Source: Longimicrobiales bacterium (GTDB lineage Bacteria; Gemmatimonadota; Gemmatimonadetes; Longimicrobiales; Gaopeijiaceae). Taken from it: DNA of 64,000 nucleotides. Below, in pieces: positions 30,504 to 39,761 of this stretch; the stretch's first letter is position 1, and every line of letters starts with the position of its first letter. The notes beneath the pieces are model-generated. The model was not told where the DNA came from and searched no databases. It saw nothing but the letters and a program-made list of their open reading frames with translations. The stretch is from NCBI GenBank assembly GCA_965202805.1, contig OZ241869.1:3328001-3392000 (forward strand). The letters run 5' to 3'. The position numbers were made by a program, and so were the translations under genes.

Positions 30504-30601
30504 TCCCGCGGCCTGATCCCGTCGCCCGCAGCATGCACGGTCACCAAGCGGGACTGACTCGACAGGGGAGTCCGCATGACACGTCGCAGCGAGGAAGCCC
30601 G

Positions 30602-32365
30602 GTGAGCCCGGGTATCGACCGGCAGGACGTCCGCTACGAACCCGACGAGCGGCCTCCGCTGCCGATCACGGCGGGGTTGGGCATCCAGTACGCTATCCTG
30701 TGCATCGCCAGCGTCATCCTGACGCCCACGGTGATGATCACCGTCGCCGGAATGGGCGACGCCTACCTGTCGTGGGCCGTGTGCGCGGCGCTGGTGATCA
30801 GCGGGGTGACTACGGCCATCCAGGCGCGCAAGGTGGGCCGCATCGGCGCCGGCTACATCCTCGTCATGGGGAGCACGAGCGCGTTCCTGGCGGTGAGCGT
30901 GACTGCGCTCGAACAGGGCGGGCCGGGCATGCTCGCGACCCTGATCATCGCATCCGCCCTGGTTCAGTTCGTCCTGGCGGCGAGGATGGCGCTCCTCAGG
31001 CGCATCTTCACGCCCATGGTCGCGGGCACGGTGCTGCTGCTCATCCCGATCACCCTCTCGCCCCTGATCGTCCGCAAGCTGGGCGAGGTGCCGGCGGATG
31101 TTTCGCCCCTGGCGGGACCGGTCATCGGGGGGGTGACGCTGCTGGTCATGATCCTCGTCCCGCTTCGAGCCTCCGGGGCGCTCCGTCTGTGGGCACCGGC
31201 CATCGGCATCGTCGCGGGGTGCCTCACCGCCCGGCTGGGGTTCGGCCTGTACGACACGTCGGCGGTAGCGGAGGCTGCCTGGATCGGGCTGCCGCCGCTG
31301 GCCTATCCCGGCGTCGACTTCAGTTTCAGACCGGAGTTCTGGGCGCTTCTGCCGTCCTTCATCATGGTCACGCTGGTGGGCGCGCTGGACACGCTCGGGG
31401 ATGCCATCGCGATTCAGCGGGTATCGTGGCGCAGGCCGCGCGCGATCGACTTTCGCTCCATCCAGGGCGCGATTTCAGCCGACGGCGTGGGCAATCTGCT
31501 GTCCGGACTCGCGGGGACGGTTCCGAACACCACCTACGGCATGAGCATCAGCGTCGCCGAGCTCACCGGAGTCGCCGCCCGCCGAATCGGGATCTGCGTC
31601 GGCATCGTGTTCGTGTCGCTCGCGTTTCTGCCGAAGTTCATCAACCTGATCATCGCGATCCCGGGGCCGGTCGTCGCGGCCTACTTCATCATCATCGTGG
31701 CCCTGATCTTCGTCTTCGGAATGAAGATTCTGCTGCAGGAGGGCCTGGACTTTCGCAAGGGCCTGGTGGTGGGCGTCGCGTTCTGGCTCGGGCTCGCGTT
31801 CCAGTTCGACTGGATCTATCCGGAGTACTTCCAGGGGATATGGGGCGAGCTTCTCGGCAACGGCATGACCGTCGGCGGCTTCACCGTCATCCTGCTGGCC
31901 ATGTTCGAGGAACTGGTCGGGGGACGGCGGTCGCGTCTGAAGACCCGGCTCACGCCCGGAATCTGGTCCGAGATCGACGAGTTCATGGTGAAGTTCGCCG
32001 CGCGCAAGCGCTGGGGCGAGGACATGGAGCGGCGCCTGCGTGCCGTCGGCGAGGAGACCGCGCACATTCTCATGCGCGGAGATGAGGAGGGAGATGGAGA
32101 CGCGGGCTCGGAACGGCGTCTGCTTCTCATCGCCGGCAGCGACGGCGGCGCGGCCGACCTCGAGTTCATCGCGACCACCGACGAGACGAACATCGAGGAC
32201 CAGCTGGTGATGCTCAGCGAGGGAGCCCCCACCGGCGGGTCGGAGATCCCGCTGAGGCTCCTGCGCCACTACGCCTCATCCATACGCCACCAGCAGTATC
32301 ACGACATCGACATCCTGTCGATACGGGTGGAAGGCGCCGCGCAGCCGGGCGGGGGGATCGACTAG
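30602..32365 (+). CDS. NCS2 (xanthine/uracil permease family) transporter with soluble C-terminal extension
   Basis: YEPDERPP, LGIQY, FTPMVAGTV, ADGVGNLLSGLAGTVPNTTY, IPGPV; about 150-aa soluble tail. Confidence 0.82.
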   Translation: MSPGIDRQDVRYEPDERPPLPITAGLGIQYAILCIASVILTPTVMITVAGMGDAYLSWAVCAALVISGVTTAIQARKVGRIGAGYILVMGSTSAFLAVSVTALEQGGPGMLATLIIASALVQFVLAARMALLRRIFTPMVAGTVLLLIPITLSPLIVRKLGEVPADVSPLAGPVIGGVTLLVMILVPLRASGALRLWAPAIGIVAGCLTARLGFGLYDTSAVAEAAWIGLPPLAYPGVDFSFRPEFWALLPSFIMVTLVGALDTLGDAIAIQRVSWRRPRAIDFRSIQGAISADGVGNLLSGLAGTVPNTTYGMSISVAELTGVAARRIGICVGIVFVSLAFLPKFINLIIAIPGPVVAAYFIIIVALIFVFGMKILLQEGLDFRKGLVVGVAFWLGLAFQFDWIYPEYFQGIWGELLGNGMTVGGFTVILLAMFEELVGGRRSRLKTRLTPGIWSEIDEFMVKFAARKRWGEDMERRLRAVGEETAHILMRGDEEGDGDAGSERRLLLIAGSDGGAADLEFIATTDETNIEDQLVMLSEGAPTGGSEIPLRLLRHYASSIRHQQYHDIDILSIRVEGAAQPGGGID

Positions 32366-32452
32366 GAGTGGCCGTTCAAGGCGGGCTCGGACGGGCTCGG
32401 CGGCGGCACGGAGTAGCGTTGAGCGAGCGAGTGTTGGTACGATGATGCATCT

Positions 32453-32482
32453 TCGTAGCTAATCGTTGCTTATCGTAGTAAA
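32453..32482. repeat. Three imperfect 10-bp direct repeats upstream of AAA ATPase
   Basis: TCGTAGCTAA / TCGTTGCTTA / TCGTAGTAAA in an AT-rich patch. Confidence 0.55.
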
Positions 32483-32502
32483 CTCACATAACATCGCTAT
32501 AA

Positions 32503-33687
32503 ATGGACCGACGAACGAATCCCTATGCCCCCGGGGCCGGCACTCCCCCTCCCGAACTGGTGGGCCGTGACGTCGTGCTCGAGGACGCCGAGATCGCTCT
32601 CGAGCGCCTGCGCAACGGTCTGGCGGCCAAGGGTATTCTCATGGTTGGCCTGCGGGGTGTCGGGAAGACGGTACTTCTCAACCAGATGCTCCTCGACGCG
32701 GATGGACGCGGACATGAGTGTGTCCTGATCGAAGCCCCCGAGGACAGATCCCTGCCGGCCACCCTCGCCGGGCCGCTCAACTCCGCGCTCATCCGCCTGA
32801 GTCGCAGTGCCGCCGCCGCGCGCCTTGCGAGGAAGGCGCGGAGGTCGCTCGCAGGATTCGTCCGCGCGATGAAGGTCAGCTATGAGGACATCAGCTTCTC
32901 CATCGATCTGGACGGGGAAGAAGGCGTTGCGGACAGCGGCGATCTCGACACCGACCTGACCTCGCTCCTTGCGGTAGCGGGAGAGGCGGCTCGCGCGCGC
33001 GGCACGGTGTTGGCGCTGTTCATCGACGAATTGCAGTATGTGGCCGAGCGTCAGCTTGGTGCTCTCATCACGGCCCTGCATCGGGCCGCGCAACGTCGCT
33101 TGCCGGTCACCCTCATCGGATCCGGGCTGCCGCAGCTCGTGGGCCATGTCGGATCCGCCAAGTCGTACGCCGAGCGGATGTTCTCCTTCCCGGAGATCGG
33201 ACCCCTGGCCGGGGAAGCGGCGCGAAGAGCCCTCGAGGCACCGGCGGGCCGCCTGGGCGTCACGTATTCCACGAAGGCGTTGGACGAGATTCTCCGGGTC
33301 ACGGAGGGATACCCCTATTTCCTCCAGGAATGGGGCAGCGCGTGCTGGATGATCGCCGATGGACCCGCCGTCACACGCAGTGACGTGGAAGCCGCATCCC
33401 CGGTCGCGATCCACGAACTCGACACGACCTTCTTCAGGGTTCGCTTCGAGCGAACCACTCCCTTCGAACGGCGGTACCTGCGCGCGATGGCCGATCTGGG
33501 GCCGGGCCCGAATCGGTCCGGAGAGGTCGCGCAGGCTCTGGGCCGAAAAGTCCAGAGTGTCGCTCCCACTCGGTCGACGCTGATCCGGAAGGGGATGATC
33601 TACAGCCCAGCGCACGGCGACACGGCCTTCACCGTGCCTTTGTTCGACCAGTACCTGAAGCGCGTCATGCCGGAGCTTCAGCAGTAA
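32503..33687 (+). CDS. AAA/STAND-like P-loop ATPase with probable C-terminal winged HTH
   Basis: NPYAPGAGTPPPELVGRD, Walker A GLRGVGKT, Walker B LFIDELQ, GYPYFLQ, C-terminal RSTLIRKGMIY. Confidence 0.85.
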   Translation: MDRRTNPYAPGAGTPPPELVGRDVVLEDAEIALERLRNGLAAKGILMVGLRGVGKTVLLNQMLLDADGRGHECVLIEAPEDRSLPATLAGPLNSALIRLSRSAAAARLARKARRSLAGFVRAMKVSYEDISFSIDLDGEEGVADSGDLDTDLTSLLAVAGEAARARGTVLALFIDELQYVAERQLGALITALHRAAQRRLPVTLIGSGLPQLVGHVGSAKSYAERMFSFPEIGPLAGEAARRALEAPAGRLGVTYSTKALDEILRVTEGYPYFLQEWGSACWMIADGPAVTRSDVEAASPVAIHELDTTFFRVRFERTTPFERRYLRAMADLGPGPNRSGEVAQALGRKVQSVAPTRSTLIRKGMIYSPAHGDTAFTVPLFDQYLKRVMPELQQ

Positions 33688-33718
33688 CGGTAGCCGTCAC
33701 GCCTTCGACGGACAGCCC

Positions 33719-34543
33719 TCAGCCCGCAGCCGCCTTCCGCGTCGTGGCCGCGGCGTCCTCTCCCGAGCCGCCCTCTCCGGCGATGCTCGCCTTCAGTGCG
33801 GCCATGAGGTCGATGATCTGGGCCTGCGGCTCGGCGGAGGGCGCCACGGTGATCTGCTCGCCGTCGATCTTCTGCTGGATGAGTTCGAGCTGCCGCTCGC
33901 GCACTTCATCCCTGTAGTCGTCGGGCTGGAATTCATCCGCGGTCTTCTGCTCGATCATCTGGACCGCCAGATCGAGTTCCGCGGAGTTGATCTCCCCTTC
34001 ATCGACCGGGACCTCGTCCCAGGACCGGACCTCCGTCTGGTAGCGCAGCTGTTCGAGCATCAGCCCGTTCCTGTACGGGCGCACCATCACCAGGTACTGC
34101 TTGCCGCGGGTCGCGAAGCGGGCGACGGCGACGCGTCCGGTCTGCTCCAGCGCGGCCGCCAGCAGGCGGTAGGCTCGGGCGCCGCCCCGGTCCGGCCCCA
34201 GGTAATAGGCCCGGTCGAAGTACACCCGCTCAACCTGCTCGGCGGGGACGAACTCGGCGATCTCGATCGCGTCGGTCTTGGGCTGTTCGAGCACCTTGAG
34301 CTCGTCGGGCTCCAGGATCACGAACTGGTTCTTCGCGAACTGGTATCCCTTGACCATGTCCTCCCTGGGCACGACTTCGTTGTTGTCGGGGTTGAAGTAC
34401 TGCTGGCGCACCCGGACGCCGGTCTTGCGGTCGATCCAGTTGAAGCTGACGCGCGCGCCCGATTTGCTCGTCGCGAACAGCTTTACCGGAATCGTGACGA
34501 GACCGAAAGAGATGCTGGAGGTGCCGATCGCTCGTGCGGCCAT
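33719..34543 (-). CDS. ku: NHEJ DNA end-binding protein Ku
   Basis: ISFGLVTIPVKL, KGYQ, YYLGPD, YRLLAAAL, IIDLMAALKAS. Confidence 0.95.
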   Translation of the reverse strand: MAARAIGTSSISFGLVTIPVKLFATSKSGARVSFNWIDRKTGVRVRQQYFNPDNNEVVPREDMVKGYQFAKNQFVILEPDELKVLEQPKTDAIEIAEFVPAEQVERVYFDRAYYLGPDRGGARAYRLLAAALEQTGRVAVARFATRGKQYLVMVRPYRNGLMLEQLRYQTEVRSWDEVPVDEGEINSAELDLAVQMIEQKTADEFQPDDYRDEVRERQLELIQQKIDGEQITVAPSAEPQAQIIDLMAALKASIAGEGGSGEDAAATTRKAAAG

Positions 34544-34686
34544 GATGTCCCCGGTGAATCGGTATCCGTAACGGGCAGGGGAGATAACATGATGGCTGAC
34601 CGAGCCGGCAAACGGAAGATGGAGACGGCCGCGGGGCGTTCCGGACCCGTGCGCTCGTCCGAACTCCGGCGGGGCTCCGCGTCGGG

Positions 34687-37221
34687 ATGACTCCGGTGCC
34701 CGGCAGGACCTCCGGCGACCGCCTCGCCGAGTATCGCGCAAAGCGGCAGGCCTCCCGCACCCCGGAGCCGTTCGGCGGTGCGACCCTGGCCGGGAGCCGC
34801 CTCTTCGTCGTCCAGCAGCACGATGCGACGCGCCTGCACTGGGATTTCCGGCTGGAGCTGGACGGGGTGCTGCTCTCGTGGGCAGTGCCGAAGGGGCCAT
34901 CGCCCAACCCGCAGGACAAGCGCATGGCCGTCCACGTGGAGGACCATCCGCTGGACTATGCGGAATTCGAGGGGGTGATTCCGGAAGGCAACTACGGAGC
35001 GGGCTCGGTCATCCTGTGGGACAAGGGGGTGTGGGTGCCGGTCGAGGACCCGCGCGCCGGACTCGAAGGCGGGAAGCTGCTCTTCGATCTGCGCGGCTTC
35101 AAGCTGAACGGCCGCTGGACCCTGGTGAAGACGCGCCAGACCGAGAACTCGTGGCTCCTGATCAAGGAGTCCGATGCGTGGGTGGATGAACGCGGCACCG
35201 AGGCCTACCCGGTGGAGTCGGTCTATTCGGGGCTCGCGGTCGACGAGGTCGCGCACCCGGAGCGCCGCCAGGCGGCCGTGGAGGTGCGGGCCCGGGAGCT
35301 GGGCGCGCGCGCGGGCCGGGTCGAGTCCCGCGGGGTGCGCCCGATGCTCGCGACCTCGCGGGACACCCCGTTCACGCGCCCGGGATGGGTGTTCGAGATC
35401 AAGTACGACGGCTACCGCATCATCGGCGCCCGCGAGGGGGGCGAGGCGGTGCTCTGGTCCAGAAACGGGAACGACCTCACGGCGACCTTCCCGGAGATCG
35501 CCCGCGCCGTGCGCGGCCTCCCCTTCGGCCACGTGATTGTCGACGGCGAGGTGGTGGTCCACGATGCCGCGGGCCTGCCCAGCTTCGCCCGACTGCAGAA
35601 GCGGGGCCGTCTGCAGAACCACGCCGACATCCAGCGCGCGGCGGTCGAGCTTCCGGCGCGCATGTACGTCTTCGACCTGCTGGCCGTGGGGGACCTGGAC
35701 CTGCGCGGCCTGCCCCTGCTGGCGCGCAAGCAGGTGCTGCGCGAAGTGCTGCCTCCGGCGGGGCCGCTGCACTACTGCGACCACATCGCGGAGGCGGGCG
35801 AGGTGATGTACGAACACGTCACGCAGATGCGCCTCGAGGGCATTGTCGCCAAGAGGGAGGACAGCATCTACGTGTCGGCCCGTTCGGGCTCCTGGATGAA
35901 GATCCGGGCGGTGGAGACCGGGGACTTCGTCGTCGTCGGCTGGTCGGAGCCGCCGGACGAGCGGCCCGGGCTGAGTTCGCTGCACCTGGCGCGCTACGAG
36001 GGCGGCACGCTGGTGCACGCGGGCACCGTCGGCACGGGCTTCACGGCCGCAGAGCTCGGCGAAATCCGCGAGATGCTGCTCGAGATGGAGGTCGGGGAGT
36101 GTCCGGCGACGGGGGAGGGGACGTTCGTGGCCGGCCGGGTGCAGCGCTGGGTCCGCCCCGAGCTGGTTGCCGAGGTGCGCTACAAGAACCGGACGGAGGC
36201 GGGTCTGCTGCGCCATCCTTCCTTCGTCCGCTTTCGGGAGGACAGACAGCCGCGGGCGTGCATCCTCCAAAACGACGCGGCGTCCGGCGAGACGCTGGCC
36301 GAGCCTCTGCCGGTGCGTGCTCCGAGCGTCGCGCGCGAAGTGCACTTCACCAACCTGGACAAGGTGTTCTGGCCGGCGGAGGGGTACACCAAGGCCGACC
36401 TGATCGACTACTACCGCGCCATCTCGCCCTGGCTGCTTCCGTACCTGGCGGACCGCGCGCTGGTCATGACCCGCTACCCCGACGGCATCGACGGCAAGTC
36501 GTTCTACCAGAAGGACGCGCCCGAATGGGCCCCGGACTGGCTGCGCACCGAGACCGTCTTCTCGGAGAGCTCGGGTCGGGACTTGAACTATTTCGTGGCC
36601 GATTCGCCGGAGGCCATCCTCTACATCGCGAACATGGGCACCATCCCGCTGCACATCTGGCACAGCCGCCTGGAGACGCCGTCCCGCCCGGACTGGTGCG
36701 TCCTTGACCTGGACCCCAAGGAGGCCGGCTTCGCCGATGTGATCGCAGTGGCGAAGTGCATTCGCGGGATGTGCGAGGAGGCGGGGCTGCCGAGCTACGT
36801 GAAGACCAGCGGGTCGTCCGGGCTGCATGTCCTCATCCCGCTGGGGCGGGGCTGCACCTACGAGCAGTCGCAGCTGTTCGGCGGGGTGATAAGCCGGGTC
36901 GTCGCGGTGGAGCTGCCGGAAATCGCCACGGTCGAGCGGCGGGTGAGCCGGCGGGAGGGGAAGGTGTACCTGGACTACCTGCAGAACGGCCACGGCAAGC
37001 TGATCGCGGCTCCCTTCTGCGTGCGGCCCAAACCGGGCGCCCCGGTCTCCATGCCGCTCGAGTGGAGCGAGGTCGAGGACGGACTCGCCATCGAGCAGCA
37101 CACCATCCGAACGGCGCCCGGGCGCATGGCGGCGCTGGGAAGGGACCCGCTGGCCACGGTGCTGGAAGAGGAGCCCGACCTGGTGGCCGCGCTGGAGCGG
37201 TTGATGGGGTGGTTCGGTTAG
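34687..37221 (+). CDS. ligD: NHEJ DNA ligase D (phosphoesterase-ligase-polymerase)
   Basis: PE: FVVQQHDATRLHWDFRLE, SWAVPKG; ligase: EIKYDGYR, EGIVAKR; polymerase: RYPDG, DLDP, KTSGSSGLH, DYLQN. Confidence 0.95.
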   Translation: MTPVPGRTSGDRLAEYRAKRQASRTPEPFGGATLAGSRLFVVQQHDATRLHWDFRLELDGVLLSWAVPKGPSPNPQDKRMAVHVEDHPLDYAEFEGVIPEGNYGAGSVILWDKGVWVPVEDPRAGLEGGKLLFDLRGFKLNGRWTLVKTRQTENSWLLIKESDAWVDERGTEAYPVESVYSGLAVDEVAHPERRQAAVEVRARELGARAGRVESRGVRPMLATSRDTPFTRPGWVFEIKYDGYRIIGAREGGEAVLWSRNGNDLTATFPEIARAVRGLPFGHVIVDGEVVVHDAAGLPSFARLQKRGRLQNHADIQRAAVELPARMYVFDLLAVGDLDLRGLPLLARKQVLREVLPPAGPLHYCDHIAEAGEVMYEHVTQMRLEGIVAKREDSIYVSARSGSWMKIRAVETGDFVVVGWSEPPDERPGLSSLHLARYEGGTLVHAGTVGTGFTAAELGEIREMLLEMEVGECPATGEGTFVAGRVQRWVRPELVAEVRYKNRTEAGLLRHPSFVRFREDRQPRACILQNDAASGETLAEPLPVRAPSVAREVHFTNLDKVFWPAEGYTKADLIDYYRAISPWLLPYLADRALVMTRYPDGIDGKSFYQKDAPEWAPDWLRTETVFSESSGRDLNYFVADSPEAILYIANMGTIPLHIWHSRLETPSRPDWCVLDLDPKEAGFADVIAVAKCIRGMCEEAGLPSYVKTSGSSGLHVLIPLGRGCTYEQSQLFGGVISRVVAVELPEIATVERRVSRREGKVYLDYLQNGHGKLIAAPFCVRPKPGAPVSMPLEWSEVEDGLAIEQHTIRTAPGRMAALGRDPLATVLEEEPDLVAALERLMGWFG

Positions 37222-37282
37222 GTGGTCCGGGTGGACATCCCACGTTGGCCCTCTATCCTGCCTGGCCAGGACTCGCACGGGG

Positions 37283-37954
37283 TCAACGCGACCGGATCCA
37301 CCCCGCCACCGTGTCGGCCACCTCCGCCATCACCTCCTCGTGGGTGCGCCCGCTTCTCTTGAGCACCTTGAACGAGTGGTCCCCGCCCTCGACCACGTGG
37401 AGCGTCGCGCGGGGTCCCAGCCGATCCACCACCGGGCACAGGAAGTCCAGGTGGGCCAGCCGGTCGCGCGTGCCCTGGACGAACAGGAGGGGCAGCTCGA
37501 CCCGGTGGAGATGCTCGCTCCGCTCGATGCCGGGCGGCTTGCCGATACCGTGCAGGGGGAAGCCCAGAAAGGCGATCCCGCGCACGCCCGCGAGCGAAGC
37601 GTCCGCCGCGGCCAGCGAGGTCATGCGCCCGCCCATGGACTTGCCCCCCGCGAACAGCGGCAGATCGGGCGCGGCCTCGTGCGCCGCCGCCACCGCCCGC
37701 CGCACCGTGGCGGTCAGGATGCGTTGCGGGTTGGGATACCGCCGCCCGGCCTCCATGTAGGGGAACTGGTAGCGGAAGGTCGCGACCCCGCGCTCGCCCA
37801 GCAGTTCCGCCATCTCCTCCATGAAGACGTGCCGCATGCCCGCGCCCGCGCCGTGCCCGAGAACCAGCAGGGCCCGCACGTCCCGCGGCCGCAGCAGCAG
37901 CGCCGAGACGGAGCCCCCGGCGACCTTGAAGGAGAGGGAACGAGCCTGCGTCAT
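37283..37954 (-). CDS. Alpha/beta hydrolase (KANL3/Tex30-like)
   Basis: HGAGAGM, GGKSMGGR, GFPLH, QGTRD, GGDHSF. Confidence 0.88.
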   Translation of the reverse strand: MTQARSLSFKVAGGSVSALLLRPRDVRALLVLGHGAGAGMRHVFMEEMAELLGERGVATFRYQFPYMEAGRRYPNPQRILTATVRRAVAAAHEAAPDLPLFAGGKSMGGRMTSLAAADASLAGVRGIAFLGFPLHGIGKPPGIERSEHLHRVELPLLFVQGTRDRLAHLDFLCPVVDRLGPRATLHVVEGGDHSFKVLKRSGRTHEEVMAEVADTVAGWIRSR

Positions 37955-37967
37955 CCGGCGCTCACGC

Positions 37968-38402
37968 TCATCCGCCGCTGATCGCGGGAAGCACGAAGAT
38001 CTCGCTGCCGGCCTCCACCCCGGTTTCCAGCCCGCCCGTGAAGCGGATGTTCTCCCCGTCGACGAAGAGGTTCACGTGCGGTCGCAGCAGGCCCTGTTCG
38101 GTCATCAGGCGGTCGTAGAGGCCGGGGTGGGAAGCGCTCAGCGCCCCGAGCACCCCGCCGACCGTGCGCGGGACATCGGCGCCTGGGCCTCGAACCCCGG
38201 CGCCCGAGCCCGAGCGTCGAACCCCGGCGCCCGCACCCGCGCCGACCCCGGCCCGGCCCGAACCGACAGCGCCCGTTTCCGCGCCGACCCCCACCTCCAC
38301 CACCGCCCGCCCGCCGGCCAGCTCGTGCAGCGTCTCCGGGAGCACGATCCTCACGCGCGCGACGGTCCGCCCCGTCCCGCGCGCACCGTCCCGCACCGTC
38401 AT
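37968..38402 (-). CDS. MoaD/ThiS ubiquitin-like protein with Gly/Ala-rich insertion
   Basis: VRIVLPETL, RPHVNLFVDGENIR, C-terminal LPAISGG; start uncertain. Confidence 0.85.
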   Translation of the reverse strand: MTVRDGARGTGRTVARVRIVLPETLHELAGGRAVVEVGVGAETGAVGSGRAGVGAGAGAGVRRSGSGAGVRGPGADVPRTVGGVLGALSASHPGLYDRLMTEQGLLRPHVNLFVDGENIRFTGGLETGVEAGSEIFVLPAISGG

Positions 38403-38416
38403 CCTCGCCGCCGTCC

Positions 38417-39514
38417 TCACGCCGCCGTGCATGCCTTCACGCACACCACCGGCGGGAGCCCGTCGCGCACCAGCTCCCAGGAGTCGCCGTCGTCGCCCGA
38501 GGCGTACACCTTGCCGCTGCGGGTCCCGAAGAAGACCTGCCCGGGCGCCAGCGTCGCGAGCGCATCGCGCAGCACCGTCTCGTACGCGTTCTCCTGCGGA
38601 AGACCCTCGGTGAGCGGGTGCCAGCTCGCCCCGCCGTCGCGGGTCCGGTAGACGCGCAGCTTCGCCTCCGGCGTACAGCGGAACCCGTCCGACTCGATGG
38701 GCACGATGTAGACGGTGTCGGGATCCTCCGGATGCATCGCCATGGCGAAGCCGAAGTCCGAGGGCACCCCGTTGGCGATGTCCACCCAGGAGTCCCCCCA
38801 GTCCTCGCTCCTGTAGATTCCCCAGTGGTTCTGCAGGAAGAGCCGTCCCGGGTTCGTGGGATGGTGCGCGATCTTGTGCACGCACTGACCGAACTCGGGG
38901 TGCTTGTCGGGCAGGAACTCCGCGCGCACGCCCCGGTTGCGCGCCACCCACGTGGCTCCCCCGTCGTCGCTCCGGTACGCCCCCGCCGCCGAGATGGCGA
39001 TCATCAGGCGCCCGGACGGGTCCCCGTCCCCGACGATGGTGTGCAGACAGAGCCCGCCCGCACCCGGTTGCCAGCGCTCGCGGTGCGGGTGGTTCAGCAG
39101 GCCCTCCACCGGCTGCCAGGTCCCACCCGCGTCCCGTGACTCGAAGAGACACGCCGGCTCGACCCCAAGCCGGATCACGTCGGGTTCCGCCTGCGAACCC
39201 GGCCGGATCTGCCAGATGCGCTTGAGCGAGAGCTCCGAATCCCCGGGGAACCTGACCGGGCGCTCATCCTTGCCGGACCAGCTCGCCCCGAAGTCGTCGG
39301 AAAAGCGGAGCGTCGTCCCCCAGAAGGGACTGCCCGGCGCCGCCCACAGGCGTGACCGCCCGGCGCGGTCGTCGTACGCCATCGCATAGACTTCCTCGCC
39401 CGGAAAGTGTGGCCCGGCAACATCCCAGCCGCCGTCGCGGGCGCACGCCAGGAAGGCCCCTTTGGTCGTTCCCAGCAGCAGGACCGTTTCCCCGGCGCGA
39501 ACTTCAACATTCAT
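38417..39514 (-). CDS. BNR/Asp-box repeat beta-propeller protein
   Basis: LLGTTKGAF; SDDFGASW, SRDAGGTW, SDDGGATW, SEDWGDSW, TRDGGASW, SGDDGDSW. Confidence 0.88.
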   Translation of the reverse strand: MNVEVRAGETVLLLGTTKGAFLACARDGGWDVAGPHFPGEEVYAMAYDDRAGRSRLWAAPGSPFWGTTLRFSDDFGASWSGKDERPVRFPGDSELSLKRIWQIRPGSQAEPDVIRLGVEPACLFESRDAGGTWQPVEGLLNHPHRERWQPGAGGLCLHTIVGDGDPSGRLMIAISAAGAYRSDDGGATWVARNRGVRAEFLPDKHPEFGQCVHKIAHHPTNPGRLFLQNHWGIYRSEDWGDSWVDIANGVPSDFGFAMAMHPEDPDTVYIVPIESDGFRCTPEAKLRVYRTRDGGASWHPLTEGLPQENAYETVLRDALATLAPGQVFFGTRSGKVYASGDDGDSWELVRDGLPPVVCVKACTAA

Positions 39515-39761
39515 CGGCGTCCCTCCCTCTTCCATTTCCACATCCTCGCCGTCGTTCTCCACAATCTTGGCATCCTTTACACATTTTCTGCTGGTTTGGA
39601 TGCCCGATCCGGGGTCCGCCCGTCAAACTGCGGTCGGCGACGGTTCGACGCGACGGCCCGTAGAAGACTATGGCGAACGGAGGCGGGCACAAGACACGCC
39701 CGGCAGCGCAGCTCCGCTCCCCCGTCTGGCGCGACTCCCGGCTCCCGCGCATCATTCCGCC

